Assembly (NCBI GenBank): GCA_963764625.1
Contig: CAVXTH010000007.1
Location: 255,250 to 319,249, forward strand
Source: Candidatus Krumholzibacteriota bacterium
Lineage (GTDB): Bacteria > Krumholzibacteriota > Krumholzibacteriia > JAJRXK01
Direction of reading: 5' to 3'
DNA length: 64,000 bases
A model generated the notes under the pieces. That model ran no database searches. It was given only the letters and a program-made list of their open reading frames with translations, and had not been told where the DNA came from. The translations under genes and the position numbers were made by a program. Positions 8,025 to 16,779 of the stretch are shown piece by piece. Positions within the stretch are counted from its first letter, which is position 1; every line of letters starts with the position of its first letter.

Positions 8025-9454
8025 TCGATCGAGCGAGGAGAGATCAAGACGGCCCTCTGCGCCTGCTTCTCGTCAATCCTCGCAACTCACTCGTAAAGCT
8101 CCACGACAAGAGGAGCCGCTGGAACAAGTACCGGGTGTGGAAGCCGCTGGGTCTGCTGGTATTGGCCGGGCTCACGCCACGCGAGTGGGACGTCACGATC
8201 ATCGATGAGAATATCGAAACGCCGGACTACTCCAAACTACCTCGCGCAGATCTCGTGGGCTTGACCGCGTTCACGTCGCAAGCGCCGCGAGCGTATGCCG
8301 TCGCGGCAAGCTTCCGGGCCAAGGGAATCCCGGTGGTGATGGGTGGGATCCATGCCACGTTTTGTCAGGAAGAGGTCTTAAACCGGGTGGACTCCGTGGT
8401 GACGGGAGAAGCGGAGAGCGTGTGGGCGGAGGTGCTCGAGGACGCGGCAACCGGCAAATTGAAGCCGATGTACTGCGGAACTCTCGAGCCAATGGGTAAC
8501 TCACCCGCAGCTCGCCACGACCTGCTATCAAAGGGCTACTACCTCGGGTCGATCCAGACCACACGTGGATGCCCACTCGATTGCAGCTTCTGCAGCGTCA
8601 GCGCATTCAATGGACGAAAATACCGGCGTCGACCGATTGCCGACGTGGTCGCGGAGTTCAAATCGATCCCGGAGAAGTTCGTCCTCGTCGTGGACGACAA
8701 TCTGATCGGTACGCGCCATGATCATATCGAGCGCGCAAAGGACCTTTTTCGCGCCATGATTGACGCGGATCTTGGCAAGCGCTGGTTCTGCCAAGCTACG
8801 ATCAACATGGCGGACGACGACGAGCTGCTCGCGCTGGCCCGCCGGGCCGGGTGCATCGGCGTTTTCATCGGATTCGAGTCGACTACGGCGGAGGGTCTCA
8901 TCGAGATCCACAAGAAGTACAACCTGCAGAAGAGCCGGAACTTCCGAGACTCGGTCCGCCGCATCCAACGGCACCATATCACCGTCGCTGGCTCGTTCAT
9001 CATTGGGCTCGATGTCGACCGCCCGGGCATCGGACAGTGCATTGCCGAGACTGCCCATCACTATGGTCTCGATTTTCTGAACGTGCTGTATCTGACGCCG
9101 CTGCCGGGAACCCGCCTGTGGGAGAAGATGGAACAGGAGGGGAACTTGGTAGCAACTAACTTTCCGCAGGACTGGCAGCGCTACACGCTGAATCACCCCG
9201 TGACACGACACCCATACTTGGGCCCCGAAGAAATTCGCGCCGAGATGAAGTCTTGCATGGAAGAGTTCTACTCCCTGCACCGGCTATTTTTTCGAGTGCT
9301 ACGGAATGTTTGGCGTCGTTGCGAGCCCAGGCTCACCCTGGTGGGAAACTTCTCGTACCGGGTAAACGGGCGGGCGAGCCGGGAGCCGGCAATGGGAATC
9401 AGTCGGGTGTCGTCGGCAGTTGGGAGAAACGGACACGTCCTGGTACGCCCGTAG
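8021..9454 (+). CDS. B12-binding radical SAM protein
   Basis: LLLVNP, PLGLLVLAGLTP, VVMGGIHAT, RGCPLDCSFC. Confidence 0.9.
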   Translation: MIDRARRDQDGPLRLLLVNPRNSLVKLHDKRSRWNKYRVWKPLGLLVLAGLTPREWDVTIIDENIETPDYSKLPRADLVGLTAFTSQAPRAYAVAASFRAKGIPVVMGGIHATFCQEEVLNRVDSVVTGEAESVWAEVLEDAATGKLKPMYCGTLEPMGNSPAARHDLLSKGYYLGSIQTTRGCPLDCSFCSVSAFNGRKYRRRPIADVVAEFKSIPEKFVLVVDDNLIGTRHDHIERAKDLFRAMIDADLGKRWFCQATINMADDDELLALARRAGCIGVFIGFESTTAEGLIEIHKKYNLQKSRNFRDSVRRIQRHHITVAGSFIIGLDVDRPGIGQCIAETAHHYGLDFLNVLYLTPLPGTRLWEKMEQEGNLVATNFPQDWQRYTLNHPVTRHPYLGPEEIRAEMKSCMEEFYSLHRLFFRVLRNVWRRCEPRLTLVGNFSYRVNGRASREPAMGISRVSSAVGRNGHVLVRP

Positions 9455-9462
9455 CTCAGCTG
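9446..9462 (+). repeat. 17-bp exact copy of the tRNA-Arg 5' end
   Basis: CGCCCGTAGCTCAGCTG equals 16466-16482. Confidence 0.75.
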
Positions 9463-9706
9463 CCCTCAATTCTGATCGCTACTCTCATCATTCTGATGGA
9501 ACGGATTCTCATCGAGGTGGCCATCCAATTGCTCACGCCCATGGCAACAAAGCAGTTACGAGAGAAATCCGAACTGGCATACGCAATGCGATTGTGTACA
9601 TGCGTACTTGGCATCGACTCGCTCAAGAACGGCCATTGCATCCCATTCATCGCGCTGCCATCGCCGGCTCGAAAAGCCCGCGGATGTCGGCGCAAGGAGG
9701 CGCATC

Positions 9707-10384
9707 ATGAATAAGCGCGTGACGATTACACTTGCAGTGCTCTTGACCATTTCTTCCATCGGATCGATGAGCGGTTGCGGTGCGAGCAATGCGGTCAAGG
9801 GCGGTGCGCTTGGAGCAGGGCTCGGCGGAGCCGGCGGCGCTGTCATCGGAAACCAAGCGGGGAACACCGCACTCGGCGCCATTATTGGAGCCGCGGTCGG
9901 CGGAACGGCTGGCGCTCTTATCGGTCACCACATGGACCAGCAAGCAGCAGAGATGCGGCAGGATATCCAGGGTGCACAGATCGAGCGGGTCGGTGAGGGC
10001 ATCAAGATCACCTTCGATTCGGGTATCCTCTTCGAATTCGACTCCGCGGCCTTGAGTTCAGTGGCCAAAGGCAACATCGACAAGCTGGCTCAGATCCTGA
10101 AAAAGTATCCCGACACGAACATTCTCGTGGAGGGAGATACCGACAACGTAGGGTCAGAAGCCTACAACCAGACGCTTTCGGAGCGACGCGCTCAGGCCGT
10201 CGCCGACTATCAGAAGACCCGTGGGGTCGCGGCCGCGAGGATATCGACTGTCGGACTCGGCGAGTCGAACCCGGTTGCTTCCAATGAAACGAGCAGCGGT
10301 CGTCAGCAGAACCGACGCGTCGAGGTCGCCATCTTCGCGAATGACAAGCTTAAGGATGCCGCGTTGGACGGAACGCTCAATTGA
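9707..10384 (+). CDS. OmpA-family lipoprotein with glycine zipper
   Basis: MSGC lipobox; GGALGAGLGG..IG zipper; NQTLSERRAQAV, NRRVEV. Confidence 0.92.
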   Translation: MNKRVTITLAVLLTISSIGSMSGCGASNAVKGGALGAGLGGAGGAVIGNQAGNTALGAIIGAAVGGTAGALIGHHMDQQAAEMRQDIQGAQIERVGEGIKITFDSGILFEFDSAALSSVAKGNIDKLAQILKKYPDTNILVEGDTDNVGSEAYNQTLSERRAQAVADYQKTRGVAAARISTVGLGESNPVASNETSSGRQQNRRVEVAIFANDKLKDAALDGTLN

Positions 10385-10830
10385 GTTGAGACGATCCATC
10401 GCCAACAGGGCATTTGATAACAACCGATCTAAGGAGACAATGTATGAACCCAAAATTTTGTCTGATCCTGTCCTCTCTCCTCCTCGTTGCCGCCCTGGCT
10501 CCCCAGGCGTTTGGTGCGCAGAGAGCGCCATCCTATGTGGCGTTCAAGGGCGGCCGCGTGCACTCACCATCAAACTGATCGACACCGCTTCGTTTTGATG
10601 GAGTGCCCAATGGTGTATCCCGCGCAAGTCCTAATGAATACAGCACTTAACCTCTGGCATGGTACTGGCCTACTTGAGTCATCGGTCTCAACGCCCAGAG
10701 GAAGTTCAATGCTCAAGAAACACTACTCTCCGCCCACGCTGGTGCGCTGCGCAGAAGCTCGGATGATCAATCCAACCACGGCGTTCGGGCCTGAGCGTCG
10801 TGCGTCGGATCCTGACGGGGGGACATCTCG

Positions 10831-11613
10831 ATGACTTTCCGGCATGTCATTCACGAGTGTTTGCTATTGATGTTGATCGGATTGGTGGCGTCAGGATGTT
10901 CGACGGTTCCCATCTCCGGGCGTAATCAGTTCAATCTGGTTTCCGACGATCAAGCCGAAGCTTTGGGGGCGGAGGCCTACAAGAACGTGGAATCGGAATC
11001 GCGCCTCATCAAGAGTGGATCCCAATACGATCAGGTGCTGCGCGTCGGCAGGCGCATCGCCACCGCATCGGCCGAACCTGGATTTCAGTGGGAGTTCTGC
11101 CTGATCGACGAACCGGAGACGGTCAACGCGTTCTGTCTGCCGGGAGGAAAGATCGCCGTCTACAGCGGCATCCTGCCGATCACGAAGGACGATGCCGGGC
11201 TAGCCACGGTACTCGCGCACGAGAGCGCGCATGCGATCGCGCGCCATGGCTCTGAGCGTATGACTGATCAGCTCGCGATCCAGCTGGGAGGTGCCGGACT
11301 TCAGCAATTGCTGCAGCAGAAGAGCCCGGCGACGCAGCAACTAGCGATGACTGCGTTCGGCGTAGGAACGACAGTCGGGGTGATGCTCCCGTTCAGTCGA
11401 TCGCAGGAGAGTGAAGCGGATCACATGGGCCTGGTCATCATGGCCAGAGCCGGATACGACCCACGAGAGGCACCGCTGTTCTGGAGGCGCCTGATGGGCA
11501 GTTCAGGCGGTTCGGGCGTCCCGGCCTTTCTGAGCGATCACCCCACGGACGAGCGCCGGGTCCAGGACCTCGAAACGTGGATGCCGGAAGCGCTCAAGTC
11601 CTACCGGCAATAG
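10831..11613 (+). CDS. M48 metallopeptidase lipoprotein
   Basis: ASGC lipobox; NAFCLPGG; HESAH; FSRSQESEAD; FLSDHP. Confidence 0.92.
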   Translation: MTFRHVIHECLLLMLIGLVASGCSTVPISGRNQFNLVSDDQAEALGAEAYKNVESESRLIKSGSQYDQVLRVGRRIATASAEPGFQWEFCLIDEPETVNAFCLPGGKIAVYSGILPITKDDAGLATVLAHESAHAIARHGSERMTDQLAIQLGGAGLQQLLQQKSPATQQLAMTAFGVGTTVGVMLPFSRSQESEADHMGLVIMARAGYDPREAPLFWRRLMGSSGGSGVPAFLSDHPTDERRVQDLETWMPEALKSYRQ

Positions 11614-11636
11614 GCGCAAAGGGTGAAGGTGAACCG

Positions 11637-12692
11637 ATGGGAAGTACATCGACGATGAAAGCAATCATCTACAAGGGACCGGGCGAGAAATCATGGGATT
11701 CGGCGCCCATGCCAGAGCTATCCGAGCCGACAGATGCGCTCGTGAAGATCCTCAAGACCACGATCTGCGGCACGGATCTGCACATTCTCAAAGGTGATCT
11801 CCCGGCCGTCACCTCCGGCCGGATCCTGGGTCACGAGGGCGTGGGGGTGGTCGAGAAAGTGGGCGAAGCGGTCAAAGGCTTCAAGAAAGGAGACCATGTC
11901 CTCATCTCGTGCATTACTTCGTGCGGCAAATGCGAATACTGCAAGAAGCAAATGTACTCGCACTGTGAGGACGGGGGATGGATCCTCGGGTACTTGATCG
12001 ATGGTACCCAGGCGGAGTACGTACGCATTCCACATGCGGACAACAGTCTCTACCATATCCCGGCTGGTGGTAACGAGGAAGCACTGGTCATGCTGAGCGA
12101 TATTCTTCCGACCGGGTTCGAGATCGGTGTGCTCTACGGCTCCGTCAAGCCGGGTGACACTGTCGCCATCGTGGGAGCGGGACCGGTCGGCATGGCGGCT
12201 CTGTTGACCGCCCAATTCTACTCTCCCAGCCGCCTCATCGTGATCGACCTGGATTCGGCACGGCTGGAGCTCGCCAAGAAATTCGGCGCAACCGAAGTCA
12301 TCGACAGCTCGAAGAGCGATGCCGTCGAAGTCATTCTCGGCTCCACCAAGGACGGGGTCGATGTGGCGATCGAGGCGGTTGGCATCAGACCGACCTTCGA
12401 CGTTTGCCAGAGCATTGTTCGGCCGGGCGGTCATATCGCCAATGTCGGTGTCCACGGCAAGAGTGTGGATCTTCAAATCCAGAAGCTGTGGATCCAGAAC
12501 ATCACGCTTACCACGGGCCTGGTCAATACCAATACCACGCCCATGCTGATCAAAACGGTGGAATCAGAGAAGTTGCAGCCCCAGCAACTCATCACGCATC
12601 GCTTCACCTTCGACGAGTTCCTGAAGGCGTACGAGGTCTTCGGAAACGCCGCCAAGGAGAAAGCGCTGAAGGTCATCGTCGCGAATGATTGA
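11637..12692 (+). CDS. Zn-dependent alcohol dehydrogenase (MDR family)
   Basis: ICGTDLH, GHEGVG, CGKCEYC..C, GAGPVG; start may be 11655. Confidence 0.93.
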   Translation: MGSTSTMKAIIYKGPGEKSWDSAPMPELSEPTDALVKILKTTICGTDLHILKGDLPAVTSGRILGHEGVGVVEKVGEAVKGFKKGDHVLISCITSCGKCEYCKKQMYSHCEDGGWILGYLIDGTQAEYVRIPHADNSLYHIPAGGNEEALVMLSDILPTGFEIGVLYGSVKPGDTVAIVGAGPVGMAALLTAQFYSPSRLIVIDLDSARLELAKKFGATEVIDSSKSDAVEVILGSTKDGVDVAIEAVGIRPTFDVCQSIVRPGGHIANVGVHGKSVDLQIQKLWIQNITLTTGLVNTNTTPMLIKTVESEKLQPQQLITHRFTFDEFLKAYEVFGNAAKEKALKVIVAND

Positions 12693-12722
12693 GCTGTAGC
12701 CTCAGTTTCGAAGGAGAAACTC

Positions 12723-12872
12723 ATGCTTTGGACACTCGCAGTCGTTTTGTTGATCCTTTGGCTTCTCGGTCTTATCACGTCCGTTACCGCGGGCGGGTTC
12801 ATACACGTACTACTCGTGATCGCCATCGTCGTGGTGCTGCTCCGTGTCATCCAGGGCCGCCGTGCAATTTAG
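12723..12872 (+). CDS. lmo0937-family small membrane protein, 49 aa
   Basis: MLWTLAVVLLILWLLGLITSVTAGGFIHVLLVIAIVVVLLRVIQGRRAI; AAGGAG RBS. Confidence 0.85.
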   Translation: MLWTLAVVLLILWLLGLITSVTAGGFIHVLLVIAIVVVLLRVIQGRRAI

Positions 12873-12893
12873 AGAAAAAAGGAGTATCTTGAA

Positions 12894-13106
12894 ATGAGAA
12901 CAATTGGAATCGTGCTTCTGGTAGCTGGAATCCTCGCGCTGGTCTACGGGGGCTTCAGCTACAACAGAAACCGCACCATGCTGGAGATGGGCGATATGCA
13001 CGTTACTGCCACCGAACACAAGAACATTACTATTCCCGCCGTCGTCGGCGTGGTCGTGCTGATCGGCGGCGCAGTGCTGCTGGTGAGCGACAAGCGCCGG
13101 GCGTAG
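12894..13106 (+). CDS. Small two-TM membrane protein (DUF3185-like)
   Basis: MRTIGIVLLVAGILALVYGGFSY...GAVLLV; AAGGAG RBS. Confidence 0.75.
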   Translation: MRTIGIVLLVAGILALVYGGFSYNRNRTMLEMGDMHVTATEHKNITIPAVVGVVVLIGGAVLLVSDKRRA

Positions 13107-13239
13107 GCCGAGGGGGGGCGATCAGTGTGAATGGTATTATCCGCGCACCTGCTCGCCCTTGCCATTGTCGCCCTGAGGTACGGTGTCGTTCAGGGCCGCC
13201 GAGTGTAGTTGGGTCATTAAACTCGTGGAGGCAAGAGTC

Positions 13240-14811
13240 ATGACGAAGCCAATGCGGGAAAAAAGTACCCTGGGAAACACACCCTCGCCAAACAAAACGA
13301 AAGAGCCTGGCCGCCTATCGACGAGAACCCGCGTTGAGAAAGCAAGCGAATCCAGAGGCCATGCGACGGAGCGCACCAAGATCGAGACCGCCCTGGCGAT
13401 ATCCGAGCTTCGCTACCGGCGCCTCTTCGAGGCTGCCAAGGACGGCATTCTCATCCTGGATGCGGAAACCGGCAAGATCACCGAAGCCAACCCGTACCTG
13501 CAAGCGATGCTCGGCTACTCCCGCTCCGAGCTGCTGGGCAAGACTCTCTGGGAGATTGGTCCATTCAAGGACGTCTGCGCCAGCCAGGAAGCATTTCGGC
13601 TATTGCAAAACAAGGAGTATGTCCGCTACGACAACTTGCCTCTGGAAAGGAGTGACCACGAGTACCAGCACGTGGAGTTCGTGAGCAATGTGTACCAGGT
13701 CGACGGCAAGAAAGTGATCCAGTGCAATATCCGGGATATCACCGAGCGGAAGGACGCCGACGATCGCATCCGGAAGGCCAATAAGGACCTTCAGTCGATG
13801 GTAACGGAGCTGCAGCGGCGCGATCACGAAATGCATCTGCTCCGCGACATGAATGAGCTGCTGCAGTGCTGCAATACACAGGAAGAGGCCTTTCGGGTGA
13901 TTGGGCTGGAGGTGGGTCGCCTTTTCGTTGGGCAGTGCGGCTACCTGGCCGTCACGCGGCCCGGTGAGCAGCTTCTCGATCCGGTCGCGTACTGGGGTCC
14001 GGAGCGACAGGACGTGTCCAGTTTTACCCTGGAGGATTGCTGGGCGTTGCGGAGAGGCCATCCGCACGAGGTGACTGATCTTAAGTCCACTGTGCATTGC
14101 CGTCACTTCGTGAGTCCGCCGAGCAGCGGATACATGTGCATTCCGCTCACCGTGCAGGGCGACACACTGGGGATGCTGTGCCTCATCGGCGAGGCTCGGT
14201 GGAAGGGCGACAGCAATTTGAGCCAACTTCAAGCAGCCGTCGCCGCGGGCGAAATGATCAAGCTGGTTCTGTCGAACTTGCGATTGCGAGAGAAGCTCGG
14301 CGATCAGGCGAATCACGACCCGCTGAGCGGGCTATTCAATCGGCGCTACATGGACGATAGTCTGTCGCGGGAGTTGAGTATGTCGCAGCGCCGTGGTTCA
14401 CCGCTGTCGATCGCGGTTCTGGACGTAGATCACTTCAAGAGATTCAACGACACATTTGGTCATGACGCAGGCGACATGGTATTGCGCGAGTTAGCCCAGG
14501 TGCTGGCCGAGAACCTGCGCACGAGCGATATTGCGTGCCGCCTCGGTGGCGAGGAGTTTGCTCTCGTTCTGCCGGATTCATCACTGAAGGATACCAGGCA
14601 GCGGGTGGAGCAGATCTGTGGGTTAGTCAAGGAACTGGAGATAACGCACGATGGCAAACTGCTCGGGACAATAACCCTGTCAGCCGGTATTGCCGGATCC
14701 CCCGAGCACGCTTCCACTGCCCCGGACCTGCTGCGGGCGGCGGATGTAGCTCTCTACGCTGCGAAGGAGGCCGGGCGGGACAGGGTCATGCTGTACACAC
14801 CGGCTCAATGA
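13240..14811 (+). CDS. PAS-GAF-GGDEF diguanylate cyclase
   Basis: PAS ending CNIRDITERK; GAF CWALRRG; DVDHFKRFNDTFGH; RTSD I-site; GGEEF. Confidence 0.92.
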   Translation: MTKPMREKSTLGNTPSPNKTKEPGRLSTRTRVEKASESRGHATERTKIETALAISELRYRRLFEAAKDGILILDAETGKITEANPYLQAMLGYSRSELLGKTLWEIGPFKDVCASQEAFRLLQNKEYVRYDNLPLERSDHEYQHVEFVSNVYQVDGKKVIQCNIRDITERKDADDRIRKANKDLQSMVTELQRRDHEMHLLRDMNELLQCCNTQEEAFRVIGLEVGRLFVGQCGYLAVTRPGEQLLDPVAYWGPERQDVSSFTLEDCWALRRGHPHEVTDLKSTVHCRHFVSPPSSGYMCIPLTVQGDTLGMLCLIGEARWKGDSNLSQLQAAVAAGEMIKLVLSNLRLREKLGDQANHDPLSGLFNRRYMDDSLSRELSMSQRRGSPLSIAVLDVDHFKRFNDTFGHDAGDMVLRELAQVLAENLRTSDIACRLGGEEFALVLPDSSLKDTRQRVEQICGLVKELEITHDGKLLGTITLSAGIAGSPEHASTAPDLLRAADVALYAAKEAGRDRVMLYTPAQ

Positions 14812-15076
14812 AGCGAACTGTCTCGTCGCGCGTCATCTTCCTGCTCGTCATCTAGGCGCATGTTCTCCTGGAGACCTGCGCCGGGATCCCTCAATCGGAC
14901 AACCACACGATCGTCCCTCTATCAAAGTGGTGGGGAAGCCATCGTGTTGATGGGGTGCCCGAGGGGTCGTGTTCTCCCAGATGCCATATTCAAACGACTT
15001 ACGAGGCCTTCTACATGGGTCCCGTAGTTGCTTTGTCGGTACTGTGCAGAGAAACATCGCAAACGAGGAGGGATCC

Positions 15077-15433
15077 ATGAGACGCCTATTGACAGTCGGA
15101 AGCCTTGTCGTGGTTTTGGTTGCTGCAGGGTGTGGAGGCGGCAACCAACCGCCATTGAAGACCGCGCCCTCCACCTCCGCCATCCGCGCCGCCGAGGAGG
15201 TCGGGGCCACCGGAATTCCCAAGGCCTCGCTCCATCTGCAGCTGGCAAAAGAGGAGCTGGCCCATGCCACTACCCTCTGGGACAAGGGCAAGAAGGAAGA
15301 GGGCGCTTCTTACTTGCAGCGTGCCGAAGCCGACGCCGAGTTGGCGATCCTACTGTCCGAGCAAGACGCCGAGAAAGTGCAGGCCGTTGAGGCGCTGGAC
15401 CGCGTGCGAAATCTCCAGAAGGAAAACCGATGA
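15077..15433 (+). CDS. DUF4398 lipoprotein
   Basis: AAGC lipobox; AIRAAEEVGA...LQRAEADAELA. Confidence 0.85.
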   Translation: MRRLLTVGSLVVVLVAAGCGGGNQPPLKTAPSTSAIRAAEEVGATGIPKASLHLQLAKEELAHATTLWDKGKKEEGASYLQRAEADAELAILLSEQDAEKVQAVEALDRVRNLQKENR

Positions 15434-15453
15434 CCCGCGTGAAGGAGAATCCG

Positions 15454-16323
15454 ATGAAGAACGCAGTACTATTGATCATCGCCGCGTGTGCCGTCTTCCT
15501 GGGCGGATGCGCCACCACGGCCCCCAGCGAGCTTGTCAACGCCCGCCAGGCGTACCTGCAGGCCAGCGAAGGACCCGCGGCAAGACAGGCGCCGGCGGAA
15601 TTGCACAAGGCGCAGGTGGCACTTGAGAAGGCGGAGACTTCCTTCAAGGAGGACTCCGATTCGTACCAGACGCGGGATCTAGCCTATGTTGCGCAACGAA
15701 AGGCCGAGATGGCGGCTGCGCAGGCAACCATCGCCATGGCGAAGGAGTCCGCGGCTCAGTCGGGCGAGGATTACCAGGCAATGCAGGGCAATATGCTGCA
15801 GGAAAACAAAGAGGACCTGGCCAAGACGCGCTCGAAGTTGGTGGCTGCAGAACAGGGAAAAGCTGACGCGAAGGCCGCGCTCCTCACCGCAAAGAACGCC
15901 CGTGTGGCCGCTGACAAGAGGACTTCCGATGCCAAGGCTGCGCTCGCCAAGCTCGTCGCAGTCAGGGAAGACGAACGCGGCATGATCCTCACCCTCTCGG
16001 GAGGCGTTCTCTTCCGCTCCGGCGAATCGATGCTACTGCCCATGGCCCAATCGAAGCTGTCCCAGGTTGTCGATGCGCTATCCACGATGGAAGAGCGCAA
16101 CCTTGTTGTGGAGGGATTCACGGACTCGCAGGGTTCCGATCAGTACAACCTCGGGTTGGCCCAGCGGCGGGCTGATGCGGTACGTACCTACATGGTGAGT
16201 AGGGGCTACCCTTCGGGACGGGTCCTGGCTTCCGGGATCGGCGAAGGACGTCCGATTGCGGACAACGCCACCGCTGAGGGACGGGCGAACAACCGTCGCG
16301 TGGAGATCGTCATCCAGCCCTAG
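15454..16323 (+). CDS. DUF4398 + OmpA-family lipoprotein
   Basis: LGGC lipobox; coiled coil; EGFTDSQG..YNLGLAQRRA; NRRVEI. Confidence 0.9.
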   Translation: MKNAVLLIIAACAVFLGGCATTAPSELVNARQAYLQASEGPAARQAPAELHKAQVALEKAETSFKEDSDSYQTRDLAYVAQRKAEMAAAQATIAMAKESAAQSGEDYQAMQGNMLQENKEDLAKTRSKLVAAEQGKADAKAALLTAKNARVAADKRTSDAKAALAKLVAVREDERGMILTLSGGVLFRSGESMLLPMAQSKLSQVVDALSTMEERNLVVEGFTDSQGSDQYNLGLAQRRADAVRTYMVSRGYPSGRVLASGIGEGRPIADNATAEGRANNRRVEIVIQP

Positions 16324-16464
16324 GCCGCCGGCCGGTCGTCTCGAACTCGATGCGCGCGGGGCTTCCCTGGGAGTTCCGCGCTTCTCTGTCCAGGCCCCGA
16401 ATCCCAGGCTGGCTGCTGATCCGTCGATGCTGTACCCTTTCGGGCCTCAACAGTTTGTTCAGGC

Positions 16465-16541
16465 GCGCCCGTAGCTCAGCTGGATAGAGCATCGGACTTC
16501 TAATCCGGCGGTCGCAGGTTCGAATCCTGCCGGGCGCGCCA
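16465..16541 (+). tRNA. tRNA-Arg(TCT)
   Basis: 77 nt; acceptor GCGCCCG/CGGGCGC; anticodon loop CTTCTAA; GGTTCGAATCC T-arm; encoded CCA. Confidence 0.97.
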
Positions 16542-16670
16542 CGTAACTCTAGCGAGTTACAGGCCACAGACGCTTCGCCTTTTACCCTGTGATGGGCCAA
16601 GAGCCCGACTATCTACTCCTGAACTCCCTGATATGCCGCCGCGTACGAAGCGGTGCCGTTACCCACCTCT

Positions 16671-16700
16671 TTGACAGCATTGTCGGTTATTGGATAGAAT
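16671..16700 (+). promoter_or_regulatory. Sigma70-like promoter of the LVIVD gene
   Basis: TTGACA(16671)-18 bp-TAGAAT(16695). Confidence 0.6.
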
Positions 16701-16779
16701 CAAACGACACCTGACGGAGTCCGGCCGCAGCCGGCCGTTCAGGGGACGTGTCTGTGCGCTGCTCAGGGAGTGTGCAACG

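Noticed and set aside
16310-16600. 96-aa minus-strand ORF (APGRIRTCDRRIRSPMLYPAEL)
   Set aside because: Antisense translation of the tRNA
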